IMG/VR virus record: IMGVR_UViG_3300035703_000005
Coordinates: 184,836-248,835 of that record
Length of the DNA stretch: 64,000 nucleotides
Strand: one strand, 5' to 3'
Numbering within the stretch: the stretch's first letter is position 1; each line of letters opens with the position of its first letter. The translations under genes and the position numbers were made by a program. Positions 1-11,011 of the stretch are shown in pieces. The notes below the pieces were generated by a model that was not told where the DNA came from, made no database searches, and saw only the letters and a list, made by a program, of their open reading frames with translations.

Positions 1-544
1 CTGGATCAACAGTAATGTAAGAATTTCCAATAACTCCAATAACAGGATCAGTATTATCCCCCTTTGTTACGGTCGTTCCAATACCAACAGAAGCATAGTG
101 TACAACACCCTGAACTGAAACAGGCATGTTGTTAGCTCTAGTTACATAATAACCGTAAATATCTCCAGCATCACCAGTGAACGTGAATGTCTGTTCTGGA
201 TATGTTGCAGTTGTACCAGAACCAACCTGATTAATTCTCCAACGAGATCCGTTTAGTAGAATACCGGTCTGAGAAGTATAATTCTGATCCCCTCTATTAT
301 TTACGCAATATGGATAACCGGTTGTAGGAGCGAATCCATACGCATTAGTGTTACCAATTCCATATGGCTCATAATATCTGGTATCAGAAGGAACATCCGT
401 CTCAGCTGGAGTGGTGTTACTTGTAAAAAGTTTTAAAACTAGGTTTCTGGGAGACTGGTCAGCAAGACTTGCAGTGTGGTTGTTTTGTGCAACCAAGTAT
501 CTGAGTGACTCAAGTTCTCCAATATTTGGAACTAATAGTGCCAT
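1..544 (-). CDS. virion structural protein (truncated at window edge)
   Basis: Hand-translated open frame from ATG at 544: MALLVPNIGELESLRYLVAQNN...LKLFTSNTTPAETD...VGIGTT; runs off the window; TATAAATA late promoter upstream. Confidence 0.75.
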   Translation of the reverse strand, partial: MALLVPNIGELESLRYLVAQNNHTASLADQSPRNLVLKLFTSNTTPAETDVPSDTRYYEPYGIGNTNAYGFAPTTGYPYCVNNRGDQNYTSQTGILLNGSRWRINQVGSGTTATYPEQTFTFTGDAGDIYGYYVTRANNMPVSVQGVVHYASVGIGTTVTKGDNTDPVIGVIGNSYITVDP

Positions 545-588
545 TTAAACAACTCCCCTACAGGCTATGATTGTGTAATAACTATCTT

Positions 589-596
589 TATTTATA
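589..596 (-). promoter_or_regulatory. T4-type late promoter TATAAATA
   Basis: Exact TATAAATA on minus strand about 45 nt upstream of the ATG at 544. Confidence 0.7.
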
Positions 597-1269
597 ATTT
601 TAATTTTAAAGAGATTAAAAATCTATTGATATTGTTGACGGAGATAACATCAAACGTTAATATATCTCCAGCTACTATTGATTTACTCCAACCAACCAAA
701 TTATCATCACGAACCTTTCTTGAATTTGTCATTTGTGGATATACACCACCAACAATAGAAGAAAAAGTAGGAAAAGTTGAATAATTTGACTTCTTTATAT
801 CAATAGTCAAATCGCCCTGTTGATCAGATAAAATTACTAAAGATTCAATAATTCCACTTACATCAATGGTTACAGATCCCTTATTTCCAGGTAACATTGA
901 AATTGATCCACTATCAATAATATAATTAATTGTTCTAGTTAAATCTGCGGTTGTTGCAAGAGCTATTATAAAAACATCATCACCAATGTCAGGAGCATTA
1001 GTAAAAATAATGTTATTATTGGATACTACAAAATCCTGTGTGGGTTCTAAAATGGAATTATTTAAACTTACAATTAATTGTTGTTCATTGATTGGAACAT
1101 ATGAATCACCAGAACTGTATAATCCAAAAGTATGAGCAACTCCAGTAAATTGAGAATTTATGTTATCTAGTATTAGATTACTATACTGGATAGATTTAGT
1201 TGGTATCTCGTAATCAACACCAATCCTATATGGACCGGGTTCATTTAACGTTACTAAGTAGTCGGACAT
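592..1269 (-). CDS. virion structural protein
   Basis: 225-aa beta-rich ORF in the structural operon; LNNSILEPTQDFVV..IIFTNAP repeat type typical of cyanomyovirus tail proteins. Confidence 0.65.
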   Translation of the reverse strand: MSDYLVTLNEPGPYRIGVDYEIPTKSIQYSNLILDNINSQFTGVAHTFGLYSSGDSYVPINEQQLIVSLNNSILEPTQDFVVSNNNIIFTNAPDIGDDVFIIALATTADLTRTINYIIDSGSISMLPGNKGSVTIDVSGIIESLVILSDQQGDLTIDIKKSNYSTFPTFSSIVGGVYPQMTNSRKVRDDNLVGWSKSIVAGDILTFDVISVNNINRFLISLKLKL

Positions 1270-1601
1270 TATGATACTCCCGGAGTTACCAAAACGTTTC
1301 CTTGAACAGGTCGGGTTCTGTAAGAATTAGGAGAAATAAGAATAACATCATAAACATAACGGCCGCCTTCCATCGCACTTGTATCAGTATGTCCCATAGA
1401 TACTGAAATTCTTCCATTTAATCTATCTACGAATGTAAGAGTTAACGGATATGATGTAGAAGATGTTGGATGTTTTCTGATAGAGGAAATACCACTATAA
1501 CCAGTAAGATTTAATGGTGCGTTATTAGTATTTCTGATCGTAAAGGTGGCTTGAAAATCAACCCCCTGTTCAAGAACTAGATTTACATTTCTTGCAGCCA
1601 T
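1269..1601 (-). CDS. small virion/baseplate-associated protein
   Basis: 110 aa, NLVLEQGVDFQATFTI...LNLTGY...YVYDV pattern typical of cyanomyovirus structural proteins. Confidence 0.65.
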   Translation of the reverse strand: MAARNVNLVLEQGVDFQATFTIRNTNNAPLNLTGYSGISSIRKHPTSSTSYPLTLTFVDRLNGRISVSMGHTDTSAMEGGRYVYDVILISPNSYRTRPVQGNVLVTPGVS

Positions 1602-1622
1602 TGCTGTAATTCGTCCTTTTAG

Positions 1623-1868
1623 TTATTTATTGTTAGTCTGCATTTGTGAAACAAGTTCTTTCATTAGAGACTTCAATTCCAGTAAGTCGGATTTGATAGT
1701 CTCTATTTCAGAAACTTTATTTTTCAAATTATCAATTTCTTGCATTTCTTGGATTTTCTTTTTTTTAACCTCTTGATAATTAATGTAATCAATATCTGAA
1801 CAATTCAATATTGCTCCAGATTCACTATCACGATATAAATTAGGATTTCCTTCTACTGGTATTTTCAT
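1623..1868 (-). CDS. conserved cyanophage coiled-coil protein
   Basis: 81 aa, MKIPVEGNPNLYRDSESGAILN followed by heptad-rich C-terminus; tight operon packing. Confidence 0.65.
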   Translation of the reverse strand: MKIPVEGNPNLYRDSESGAILNCSDIDYINYQEVKKKKIQEMQEIDNLKNKVSEIETIKSDLLELKSLMKELVSQMQTNNK

Positions 1869-1869
1869 T

Positions 1870-4800
1870 TTAAATTGATGCTATTACACGTAGATCTCTA
1901 ATTAATGGTGTGAATGTCGTATTAGTTCCACTCATAATAATCTTAATTTGGAATCCATTGAATAATGGTAGATTTTTAGAAGTAAATTCATAGGATTTAA
2001 ATTCACCAATAGTTGAAGAAGGTAATACAAGTCTATCAGGTCTTCCACTATTATTTGCTGCACTTATCACTTGATTATTTTCATCTAAATTATCATAACC
2101 AGGGAAAAGTTCATATAATTGTGTAGATAGATCGGTATCAGATCTGAATAATCTATACATTACTCGGATATCACTTGTTGAATGCCTGTAAGCGTCAAAA
2201 AAGACTTTTAGATTATCAGATCCTCTTTCTAACCTTACAATTTTGGTAACATAACTACAAGCACTAGGATCATCTCTTAATGAATTGACTCTAGGATCTT
2301 TGGAATAATCAGAAATTTTTGAATTTAATCGGTTTCCAACAGTAATTAAATTTACTCTATCCAAATCAATTATAGGAGAAACTTTAGAATCAGTAGTTGA
2401 TAAGTTTACTTCCATTGTGAATGATTTTTTACCTGGGAAATCTTGTAAAAACTGATTTTCATTAACTTTAGAACAAATAATTCTTGGACTTGACAAGAAA
2501 TTATTAGAAGTAAGAGATATAGTTTCAAATCCCTGATCAACAAAAGCATTTATTGAATTATTATCGGGAGATCCGCCAGAAAAAGTTCTAATCTTAGCGG
2601 ATATTCCAGTTGATTGTGGAGTTAGAGTTTGAATGTTAGGTCTTACAACATTAAAAGATATATTTTGTGTGGCTTTTGGTGTTCTATTAGAAGAAGTTAA
2701 TTGTAAAGGATCATATGATCCACAACTCTTATTCTGATTAAAATATAGTTCTGGGAATCCATTTAAATTTCCTGCAGATCTATCAGTTCCATTAGTAGAT
2801 ATACCCAGTTTTACGTAATAGTAATCTAAATCAGTTGGATACTTCGAATGATCCGTTTCAGATAAATTATGAGTTCTGTTAATTCTTCTTAAAGAAATTC
2901 CATTCAATTCATATTTAAATACCTGTTGTGATGTAGAATAAGATGCTGGAATAGTAGAATCAATTCCTCTAGTTACGCCAGTTAAACTATTTGTTGAAGT
3001 GGTTACGCCAGTGTATCTAATTATTTCATCTCCGATTAAAATGTATCCAGGATTAAGAGCAGAGACTGGTAAATTTTCAAAACTTGTAAAAATTCCAACA
3101 GCACTTAAAGTTATATTAGAAGTAGCTGAAGAATTATAACTTGAATTTAATTTTTGTGGTTTTAGGTCAGATTCCAGTCCACTAAGAGTCACATAATCAT
3201 TTAAAGAATACATGCCATGATTATTATGTTTTACTTTGAAATGTAATCCGTCACTTATATTATTATTATAAGTTACAGTAGCTCCAGATAAAACTGTAGT
3301 TCCAGAAGTTCCGACATATATTAATTGGGAAGTACTATCTTGAATAATAGATCCTTGAATATTTTCAATTAATAAAGAATTAAATGATGAAATTACCCCT
3401 ACGTTATTAGGAATGGTTAAAATTAAATTTTTACCAAATCCATCAGTTTTTGTGTAATCTATGCTAAGAGCATCTCCATAAGCATAACCAGTTCCTCCTA
3501 TAGAAACTGTTGCAGCAACTGCAACTCCACCAGAAACAGTTAGGTTAACTTTGCCACCAACACCTCTTCCAGACAATGCGACTAGATCAACATTTGAATA
3601 TGTTATTGAGGATGAGGTAAATCCAGATCCAACTGAAGTAATCGATAATGTGCTTCCTATTCCTATCGCACCAACGACACTCTTTAACTTACCACTAAAA
3701 TTATTATTTGAACTTTGGAGAATAGTTACTCCTGGAGTTAAATTACTAACTTCACTTGAGGTTAAACTCTTAGCAATTCCAACTAGTGAAGATCTGGAAA
3801 TACAATCAAGAGGATTTGGTCGTAATGAAACAATTTGATTATTTCCGATATCCAGATCTGGATTATAGAATCTTACAGTGGTTTCTCCTTGATAAAAATT
3901 CGCTCTGTATAATTTTAACTTAAGATCTTCCAATTGACTTGGATCCCAAGTAGCTCCATTTTGTGATTTAAATAGGGAACCTAACAATGGTTGTTGTGAA
4001 ACAAGAATCTTTTCCGATTCTGCAAGATTAACAGTACTTATATCTTCTTCACCCATTCTCGAAATCCATACTGTATATTGATTTGAAGCAGATAATAGAA
4101 CTACACAATATGCATTACCTGTCTCAAGATATACTGGTGATGGGAAAGTGAACGTAGTAGGTACACTTGCATCTTCGGAAAGATTTACTTCTTCTGGTTC
4201 TAATACAACTTCACCAAAAGGTAATATTGTTTGAGTTGGTAAACCAGTCTGCATTGTTCTTACCTGAAGGGTAACTGGCAATCCAGATGTATCCTTCGTT
4301 TTAAAGAAAATCTCACATTTGGTCAAGAATACTCCATTTGCATCTGGAACTTCAAATGATTGAGCCAATGGATCAACCCATCTGGTTTGGGTAGTCGTTC
4401 TATTTGAAAAAGAAGTATTAGCTTGAAGAGTCGTATTTTGTTCGGATAATGTTCTGGTATCAGTTCTAACTTCTCTGGAGATATCTGCATTTCTAATTCT
4501 TAGGGTTGCATCTTCTACATTATTCAAAGTTCCCGCAGAAGTAAATACAGTTTCCGCTGTACTATCTACAGTACCAACAATTGTAGCATTAACATCACTT
4601 GTTGTAAGAGCAAATGTTTTAGTGCCAGTTTCAAAGGATGGTGTAGAAGGAAGTCTTGAATCTGGTATAAACAATGATCCGATTAAAGTTCCGGCATTAT
4701 CGGTAATCAATCTGACATTTTGAACAGTAGCAATAGCACCACTGGTTTGACCAACCAATTGCATATTTTGAACTATATAACCGTAAAATCCAGATGCAGA

Positions 4801-7800
4801 TTGTAATTCTAAACTTGCAGTATCAACGTTTAATAGAGTTGAAGTTGTGGAATACGAAGTGGATAAGTTTTCGGATATGTTATAAGGATTTTGAACAAAA
4901 ACTTGAGTTGGATTGTTATATGGACCATACTTGTGATCAGCTTTTGCAAGTCTAAACCTCGTAGATACTGATCCAGATGTTCCCTGAACAGTTTCTCCCA
5001 TTACAAAAGTTCCGGAAACCATAGAAATCTCAATAAGTTTTGGTATGACATATTGAGACATGTTTACATTATCAAAGAATGGATAGAGTCTCGTATTTGG
5101 CTTTAATCTTCTAGAAACAAATTCAATATTTCTAGATCTCATAGTGTGGATTACATCAGTAGAAACTACCCTTGGACCAAGATTTGTTTCATCAAATCTT
5201 TCTCCAACTCTATATTGAATGCCCTGTCTACTTTGTTTTTCTGTCGTTAATGTTGTAACATTTTCAAAGTTTGTAAATTGATCTCTAAAAGTTGTAGTAG
5301 TTGTTTGTGGTATTCCTCTACCTTTTTGGAAACTACCTCTGCTAGTACTTTGAGATACTTGTTGTGTACCAACAAGTATACTTCCCATACTTTGTCTACC
5401 AATATCCTGAGTTCCCGTCCAAGTAGTTTCCCAAGCACCCCAATCGATAGGAGACAACCCAGTATTAGTATCAACTCCAAGTTGTTGAATAGCACTTTCA
5501 TAACTACCCTCAACATCCACCGTTCTCTGACTTGTTCTAGTTTCTATCCATGTATCTGTGGATGGATTTAATTCTATAGCACCAATCCAGTTGACTACAT
5601 GGAATGGATTTACATTTTCAGATCTAGTTGCAAATTTATTTTCTAAGAAAACTATGTCGGTGTAATTTAAACAAACAATATCCCCAACTTTTTTAATATT
5701 TGGAGATCCCAAATTACTGACAAACCTTAAATCTGCTTGTGGATTAGATGTATTTCCTGCACCGATAACGAATTCCGAACCAAGAAGTAGATCTATAGAT
5801 GTAGTATAATGTTGTGGCCTCAAATGTCCCTCAGCAGTATCAATACTACATTTATAAGCAGGGTCTGAAATATTTCCACTGAATAAAGATTTAAAATTAT
5901 CTACAAAAAATCCACACTTAAATCTATCCAATTGAGTCTGTTCATCTCTCAGAGTTAAATTCTTAGTATCGGATTCCAACAAAGATAAAGATGTATAATA
6001 TTCTACATTTTTTAATCTATTTTCGATATTTGAAATATCTTTCATTCTATATCTTTTATGGTTCGAAAGAACCACTCTTACATCTCTAGTATTATAAACA
6101 TAAGGAGGTAGAGTTATTGTAGCTACTTCTAATGCATTATCAATACTATTTGGTAATTTTGGAGTTATAGATGGGACTCCACTATTAATGAAAAATCTTC
6201 CATCTTTATCCAAATATAGTCTATCAATTCTACCAAGATAATATGCATATGATAAATTTATAGACTTATCTTTACCAAAATTGTGTGGAGAAGAATTATT
6301 TTCTGTAGAAAATCTTCTAGAATCAAATTCAAAAGGAGAACTTGTGGCAGTTAATGGATTATATGGTAATACTCTTGGTCTTAAATCTATTATATCACTC
6401 GCATAAAATTGATCAACTTGAGGAAGATCTGAAGAATATCTCTCTTTATCATAAGAACTTACAGTTACAAAATCTCCAGAATCTGTTGGATCTAATGTGT
6501 AATTATTATAAACTACTTTTAATCTTCTTGTTGGAGGAGTGTTATCATCCTTCCTTGTAATAAATGAATAATCAATATACTCTAATTTTTGATTTTGATT
6601 TAGAATATAATCCGATAAAATATCACGATCTCCCTGAGTAAATGTCTCAACATTTGCTCTTATTTGAGATTCTTGGAAAATAATACTCTCACCTTCAATA
6701 AAGCTATTTTCATTTGAGTAAACAAATTCAATTTGATTTGTTCCATTATTTGAAACTAGTAAACCAACAGATCCACTTTTTTCACCAATAATTGCTTCAC
6801 CCTTAATACTATTGAGTATATTTGAATTTAAATTAGTAAGAGTTAATTTTGGAAGATCTGGATCATTCTGGTCTGAAGATTCATATATTGCTAAAATATT
6901 TTGAACATCTGGGACATTCAATGAAATATTCTTATCCTGAACCCTTGTTCCATAAAAAGTATTATATGATAATCCATCGTTTATGGATGTAGATCCAATT
7001 CCGGATGAATTTAAAGAAGATCCAGATACAACTAAAGTGGAACATCTATTAAAAATTTTATTTTTAGATGTTGCATTTTGTTTTCTGAATGTTACTGTAA
7101 GGGTCGCATTTCCATTAGCACTAATATTTTGCAAAGTAACCGTTCTTCCAGAAACTGTTAGTTTTTGGGAATTGAGAGACTCTACTACACCAGTTGAAAA
7201 TGTTAGATTATAATCTTCTTCATCAAAAGGTTCTAGTGTGTAATTGGAATTAGTTTCTAAAGTAACATTTAATCCATTGGAAACTACAGTAACCGGATAA
7301 GATTTTTTAATTATGATGTCCGAATTCGTTAAATCTATACTCGAAACATGTTGGTCCGGAAGTATTGAAAATAGATAAGAATTATTGGTATTTAAAATTT
7401 GGGGAGTAACCTTAGTTATATTAGTTACACTTGTCGTGGAAACTGGCAAACTTCCGCTGGAAACTCCAGCAACAGTTGTTGTTGCTTCCAAAACCACAGA
7501 ATTGGAAGTAGTTACTACTGTTTTTACTCTATTATAAGTGGGAGTTGAGTTGCCTTGAGTATAATAAGATAAGATATCACCAGTGTTTATGCCTACAAAG
7601 AATGTAGAACTTGAAGTTATAACTGTACTTATTCCACCGGATGCGGCAGTAATGGTAAAAGTTGAACCTGCTGGAGAAAGAAGAGTACCTTGTGATAAGA
7701 TGGTATCTGCGGTAAAAGATACCCCATTAGTTCCAACTACTTGTTTTATGTCTGAAATATTATAATCACGGACTGATGTTACGATTGAGGATGAATCCAC

Positions 7801-9375
7801 TCCATTTACGGTAATTGATTCATTCAGAGAAAAAGATCCGGAAACTTGATATAAAATAATTTGATTTGAGTTTGTTACGTTGGAAGCAAGATATCCAGTA
7901 GCACCACTATTCTTACCTTGTATGAACGCTGGTTTTGATATACTTACGGGAGTATTGAGATTTATATAATTATAAGTTTGAATATCATAAAAAGATCCTT
8001 CAAACTTAGTAGATGCATTATTATATTCAGCATTCTTAAGTTTTAAGTCATAAATTCTACCTACACCAATTTGAATTCCTGAGGATGATCCAGGTGTAGA
8101 TGTTCTATTTGAATAAAAATGAACTATAGATGTTGTGCCGAATCCTACAGGAGTTGATCCATAAACATTGTTAAGTTCTATCTGTTTACCCAAACTAAAT
8201 GGGATGGATACATTATTTTTATTTTCAGTTGTTCTTGGTTTTTCAGAATCTACTGAAATGGTGTTTATTGTTTCTACTTCATATCCTCTAACATATGCCT
8301 TGCCTGGAGAAATTTGTAGAGATAATAAATTGTCTGAGGGAACATTGCCCTGTTGGGTCAATTGATTATATTCATATACTCCATTATTTCCAACCTTATT
8401 ATTCAAAGATTCTTTAACGGAAACTTTAAAAGGATTTACGTAATAATCCCCAGATTCATCGTATGTTCTCCTAGCTAATTCATCTCGAATTAAGTTAAAT
8501 TGACTTTCATTTGAAAACTTTTTAATAATTCCGTTTTCTATTCTCAGAAGTTCAATAAAATCTTCATCATTGAAGTCATCTAAACTTTTTTTAATTAAAC
8601 TCGCAGTAATTTTAAGTCTATCTGCTCCTGGAGCTGCAAAGTTAGAAAATCCTCTAGCATTATCAAATAAATCTGGATTAGCTTGAGAAGCTACAGAAAT
8701 TGATTCTTCAATGAATAGACCAATTCTGTAAGATGGTGAATTATTATATTGATCTAGAATAACTGTCTGAGATGGAACATCTACGAAAAATCCTCGTATG
8801 AAAAATACTCCTTCTTGTATTTTGGCAGCAGAACCAGATCCAACAGATTCGGATACAATAGTTGTCGCAAATGATGATCCGGATCTAATAATACTTAATG
8901 AATATTGCAAATCTTCCAATATAATTAAATTTTCACCGTCAACAAAACTGTTGATTGTGAAATCAGTTTCTCCAGAACTTTGATATTTTACATATAATGT
9001 ATAATTTCCGTTTTCCGATTCTTGGTCAGTAATATATGACTCTATTAAGGCTTTAACTCCACTAATTTCCCCTTTTACATATCTACCAACTAACTGGGAA
9101 ATGTATAATGAAACTGGAACACCCAAGTGAGTTGGATCAATTTGAACATAAAAATAATCTGGGTCATAAGCTAATTGACCCGGAATAACTACGGAACCTT
9201 CTTTAAAAAAATGTTTACCAAATTTTTCGACTTGGTTTTGTAGAATTGACTGGAGTGTTGTTAATTCTCTAGCTTGAATAGGAATTCCAGGTTTAAATAA
9301 TACTCTTTGATAATTTTTTGTTGCATCAAAATCATCAAAATATGGAGAAGCATTTAGATTGGTGTTTTGTGCCAT
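1870..9375 (-). CDS. large virion structural protein, DUF4815/VrlC-like
   Basis: 2501 aa; N-terminus NLNASPYFDDFDATKNYQRVLFKPG..QARELTTLQ and DPLAQSF motif characteristic of DUF4815 proteins. Confidence 0.85.
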   Translation of the reverse strand: MAQNTNLNASPYFDDFDATKNYQRVLFKPGIPIQARELTTLQSILQNQVEKFGKHFFKEGSVVIPGQLAYDPDYFYVQIDPTHLGVPVSLYISQLVGRYVKGEISGVKALIESYITDQESENGNYTLYVKYQSSGETDFTINSFVDGENLIILEDLQYSLSIIRSGSSFATTIVSESVGSGSAAKIQEGVFFIRGFFVDVPSQTVILDQYNNSPSYRIGLFIEESISVASQANPDLFDNARGFSNFAAPGADRLKITASLIKKSLDDFNDEDFIELLRIENGIIKKFSNESQFNLIRDELARRTYDESGDYYVNPFKVSVKESLNNKVGNNGVYEYNQLTQQGNVPSDNLLSLQISPGKAYVRGYEVETINTISVDSEKPRTTENKNNVSIPFSLGKQIELNNVYGSTPVGFGTTSIVHFYSNRTSTPGSSSGIQIGVGRIYDLKLKNAEYNNASTKFEGSFYDIQTYNYINLNTPVSISKPAFIQGKNSGATGYLASNVTNSNQIILYQVSGSFSLNESITVNGVDSSSIVTSVRDYNISDIKQVVGTNGVSFTADTILSQGTLLSPAGSTFTITAASGGISTVITSSSTFFVGINTGDILSYYTQGNSTPTYNRVKTVVTTSNSVVLEATTTVAGVSSGSLPVSTTSVTNITKVTPQILNTNNSYLFSILPDQHVSSIDLTNSDIIIKKSYPVTVVSNGLNVTLETNSNYTLEPFDEEDYNLTFSTGVVESLNSQKLTVSGRTVTLQNISANGNATLTVTFRKQNATSKNKIFNRCSTLVVSGSSLNSSGIGSTSINDGLSYNTFYGTRVQDKNISLNVPDVQNILAIYESSDQNDPDLPKLTLTNLNSNILNSIKGEAIIGEKSGSVGLLVSNNGTNQIEFVYSNENSFIEGESIIFQESQIRANVETFTQGDRDILSDYILNQNQKLEYIDYSFITRKDDNTPPTRRLKVVYNNYTLDPTDSGDFVTVSSYDKERYSSDLPQVDQFYASDIIDLRPRVLPYNPLTATSSPFEFDSRRFSTENNSSPHNFGKDKSINLSYAYYLGRIDRLYLDKDGRFFINSGVPSITPKLPNSIDNALEVATITLPPYVYNTRDVRVVLSNHKRYRMKDISNIENRLKNVEYYTSLSLLESDTKNLTLRDEQTQLDRFKCGFFVDNFKSLFSGNISDPAYKCSIDTAEGHLRPQHYTTSIDLLLGSEFVIGAGNTSNPQADLRFVSNLGSPNIKKVGDIVCLNYTDIVFLENKFATRSENVNPFHVVNWIGAIELNPSTDTWIETRTSQRTVDVEGSYESAIQQLGVDTNTGLSPIDWGAWETTWTGTQDIGRQSMGSILVGTQQVSQSTSRGSFQKGRGIPQTTTTTFRDQFTNFENVTTLTTEKQSRQGIQYRVGERFDETNLGPRVVSTDVIHTMRSRNIEFVSRRLKPNTRLYPFFDNVNMSQYVIPKLIEISMVSGTFVMGETVQGTSGSVSTRFRLAKADHKYGPYNNPTQVFVQNPYNISENLSTSYSTTSTLLNVDTASLELQSASGFYGYIVQNMQLVGQTSGAIATVQNVRLITDNAGTLIGSLFIPDSRLPSTPSFETGTKTFALTTSDVNATIVGTVDSTAETVFTSAGTLNNVEDATLRIRNADISREVRTDTRTLSEQNTTLQANTSFSNRTTTQTRWVDPLAQSFEVPDANGVFLTKCEIFFKTKDTSGLPVTLQVRTMQTGLPTQTILPFGEVVLEPEEVNLSEDASVPTTFTFPSPVYLETGNAYCVVLLSASNQYTVWISRMGEEDISTVNLAESEKILVSQQPLLGSLFKSQNGATWDPSQLEDLKLKLYRANFYQGETTVRFYNPDLDIGNNQIVSLRPNPLDCISRSSLVGIAKSLTSSEVSNLTPGVTILQSSNNNFSGKLKSVVGAIGIGSTLSITSVGSGFTSSSITYSNVDLVALSGRGVGGKVNLTVSGGVAVAATVSIGGTGYAYGDALSIDYTKTDGFGKNLILTIPNNVGVISSFNSLLIENIQGSIIQDSTSQLIYVGTSGTTVLSGATVTYNNNISDGLHFKVKHNNHGMYSLNDYVTLSGLESDLKPQKLNSSYNSSATSNITLSAVGIFTSFENLPVSALNPGYILIGDEIIRYTGVTTSTNSLTGVTRGIDSTIPASYSTSQQVFKYELNGISLRRINRTHNLSETDHSKYPTDLDYYYVKLGISTNGTDRSAGNLNGFPELYFNQNKSCGSYDPLQLTSSNRTPKATQNISFNVVRPNIQTLTPQSTGISAKIRTFSGGSPDNNSINAFVDQGFETISLTSNNFLSSPRIICSKVNENQFLQDFPGKKSFTMEVNLSTTDSKVSPIIDLDRVNLITVGNRLNSKISDYSKDPRVNSLRDDPSACSYVTKIVRLERGSDNLKVFFDAYRHSTSDIRVMYRLFRSDTDLSTQLYELFPGYDNLDENNQVISAANNSGRPDRLVLPSSTIGEFKSYEFTSKNLPLFNGFQIKIIMSGTNTTFTPLIRDLRVIASI

Positions 9376-9381
9376 TTTAAC

Positions 9382-10977
9382 TTAGAACTCCAGTACAATT
9401 TTAATATCTTCTTTTTGGCTCGCTGATCTTGGAATAGGAGCTCTATTATCTATGTAGATTATTTCTCCGGATTTTTTATTAAATTCCGCTGAGCCTATTC
9501 CAGAAACAAAATCCACGCCTAACTGATATATTCTATTATTTATTGTTGTAGTAATACCACTAAAATTAGTATCAATCGATAAAGCTGGACCAATTATAGA
9601 ACTACAATTTATTGTTGTATCATATCCAACATCTGGATTTGAAGTAAATTTTATAATTCTAAATCCTGATTCACTTGAAGCTAATCCAGTTGGTTGATAA
9701 TACTTTAAAACTCCTGTTATAGGATCCCATGAAGCTACAAATCCAATAGCAGTAGATCCTAGTCCAACAGTTTGTTTAATTATAGAATCTACAGCATAAG
9801 TTGTGTTAGTTGTCACTCCAGAAAGTTTTAAGGCATCTAATCCACTTACAAGAGAAGTATTCAAAATTTCAACATCACTATTTCGGATAGTTGGATTTTT
9901 AATTATTCCAACTCTAGCAAAGTCATTTCCCAAAATGACATCTGGATTACTATCCAAAGTTTCATATCTAGAATAAAGGAGAACTCTATATGCTCCCAAT
10001 TCTTTGTAGATATCGTATCCATGGCCACCCCTAGGAGGAATAATAACATTAAAAGAAGCTATAGAAGTAGTACCAATTCCAGTGTTAGTTAAACTACTTA
10101 ATGGTCCTCCAATGTCAGATCCTGGAGCTCCAGGATAAAATTGAATAGTTCCATAACTATATCCAGAACCACCTTCAGTTACAAACACTTCCGAAACTTT
10201 TCCGAAAGAATCTATAGTGATAGTTGCTTTTCCTCCATCACCATCTCCCAAAATTGGTACATTGGAAAAAGATGTTGAGATTGGTTGATAATTTGAACCT
10301 CTATTATTAATTAATACAATTTCTACTTTACCTTCAATCGCATTATTTTTTGTAGCTATACTTTCACCACTGTTTCCCCAGTTCTCTGGGACAGGAATAT
10401 ATTCAATTGAATCGAATTTAACTATTTCTGATGGTTTAATCGTAAATAGATATTTCCAAATATAACCATCACCACTAGTTCCTGCAGCTCTTGGTTCCAA
10501 ATCAATAAATGTTGGCTGATCAAAAGAAGGTCTTCCCTTTGGATTTTCTGGATCAGTTCCATTTTGTAGACAAATATAAACCCTTAAATCCTCATTGATT
10601 ACGTAATAATTTGATTCGTATAGGGATGGAGAATTTGTGATGGGAGATGGATTGTATATACTATAATCATGCCTATACATTTCATACGTAGATCCAGAAA
10701 TCCATGTATTTTTTCTAATCAACCTTCTTACATCTTGAGATGTAATTTGCTTCATAGAAATTATTGTTTCTTTTATTTCATTTTCTTCTTTAAATCCATC
10801 CAAAGGTGCAGGAGTGTTGGTAATCCAAGTTGGAGAACCACCTGCAGAAGTATTCAATGCATTTGGCATACCAATGAAGGTATAATACCTGTCCGAAGTG
10901 TTAGCTACGCCAACAACATTCTTTACAAAGTTTTCAGCATTTAAAATTCTAAACTGATCTGATATAATAGCAGGCAT
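9382..10977 (-). CDS. gp8: baseplate wedge subunit (T4 gp8-like)
   Basis: 531 aa; YYVINEDLRVYICLQNG, SGDGYIWKYLFTIKPSEIVKFDS, C-terminal IIYIDNRAPIPRSASQKEDIKIVLEF; synteny gp6-gp7-gp8. Confidence 0.85.
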   Translation of the reverse strand: MPAIISDQFRILNAENFVKNVVGVANTSDRYYTFIGMPNALNTSAGGSPTWITNTPAPLDGFKEENEIKETIISMKQITSQDVRRLIRKNTWISGSTYEMYRHDYSIYNPSPITNSPSLYESNYYVINEDLRVYICLQNGTDPENPKGRPSFDQPTFIDLEPRAAGTSGDGYIWKYLFTIKPSEIVKFDSIEYIPVPENWGNSGESIATKNNAIEGKVEIVLINNRGSNYQPISTSFSNVPILGDGDGGKATITIDSFGKVSEVFVTEGGSGYSYGTIQFYPGAPGSDIGGPLSSLTNTGIGTTSIASFNVIIPPRGGHGYDIYKELGAYRVLLYSRYETLDSNPDVILGNDFARVGIIKNPTIRNSDVEILNTSLVSGLDALKLSGVTTNTTYAVDSIIKQTVGLGSTAIGFVASWDPITGVLKYYQPTGLASSESGFRIIKFTSNPDVGYDTTINCSSIIGPALSIDTNFSGITTTINNRIYQLGVDFVSGIGSAEFNKKSGEIIYIDNRAPIPRSASQKEDIKIVLEF

Positions 10978-11011
10978 TTTAAATTAAAGGTTTTATTTAT
11001 TTATTTACAAT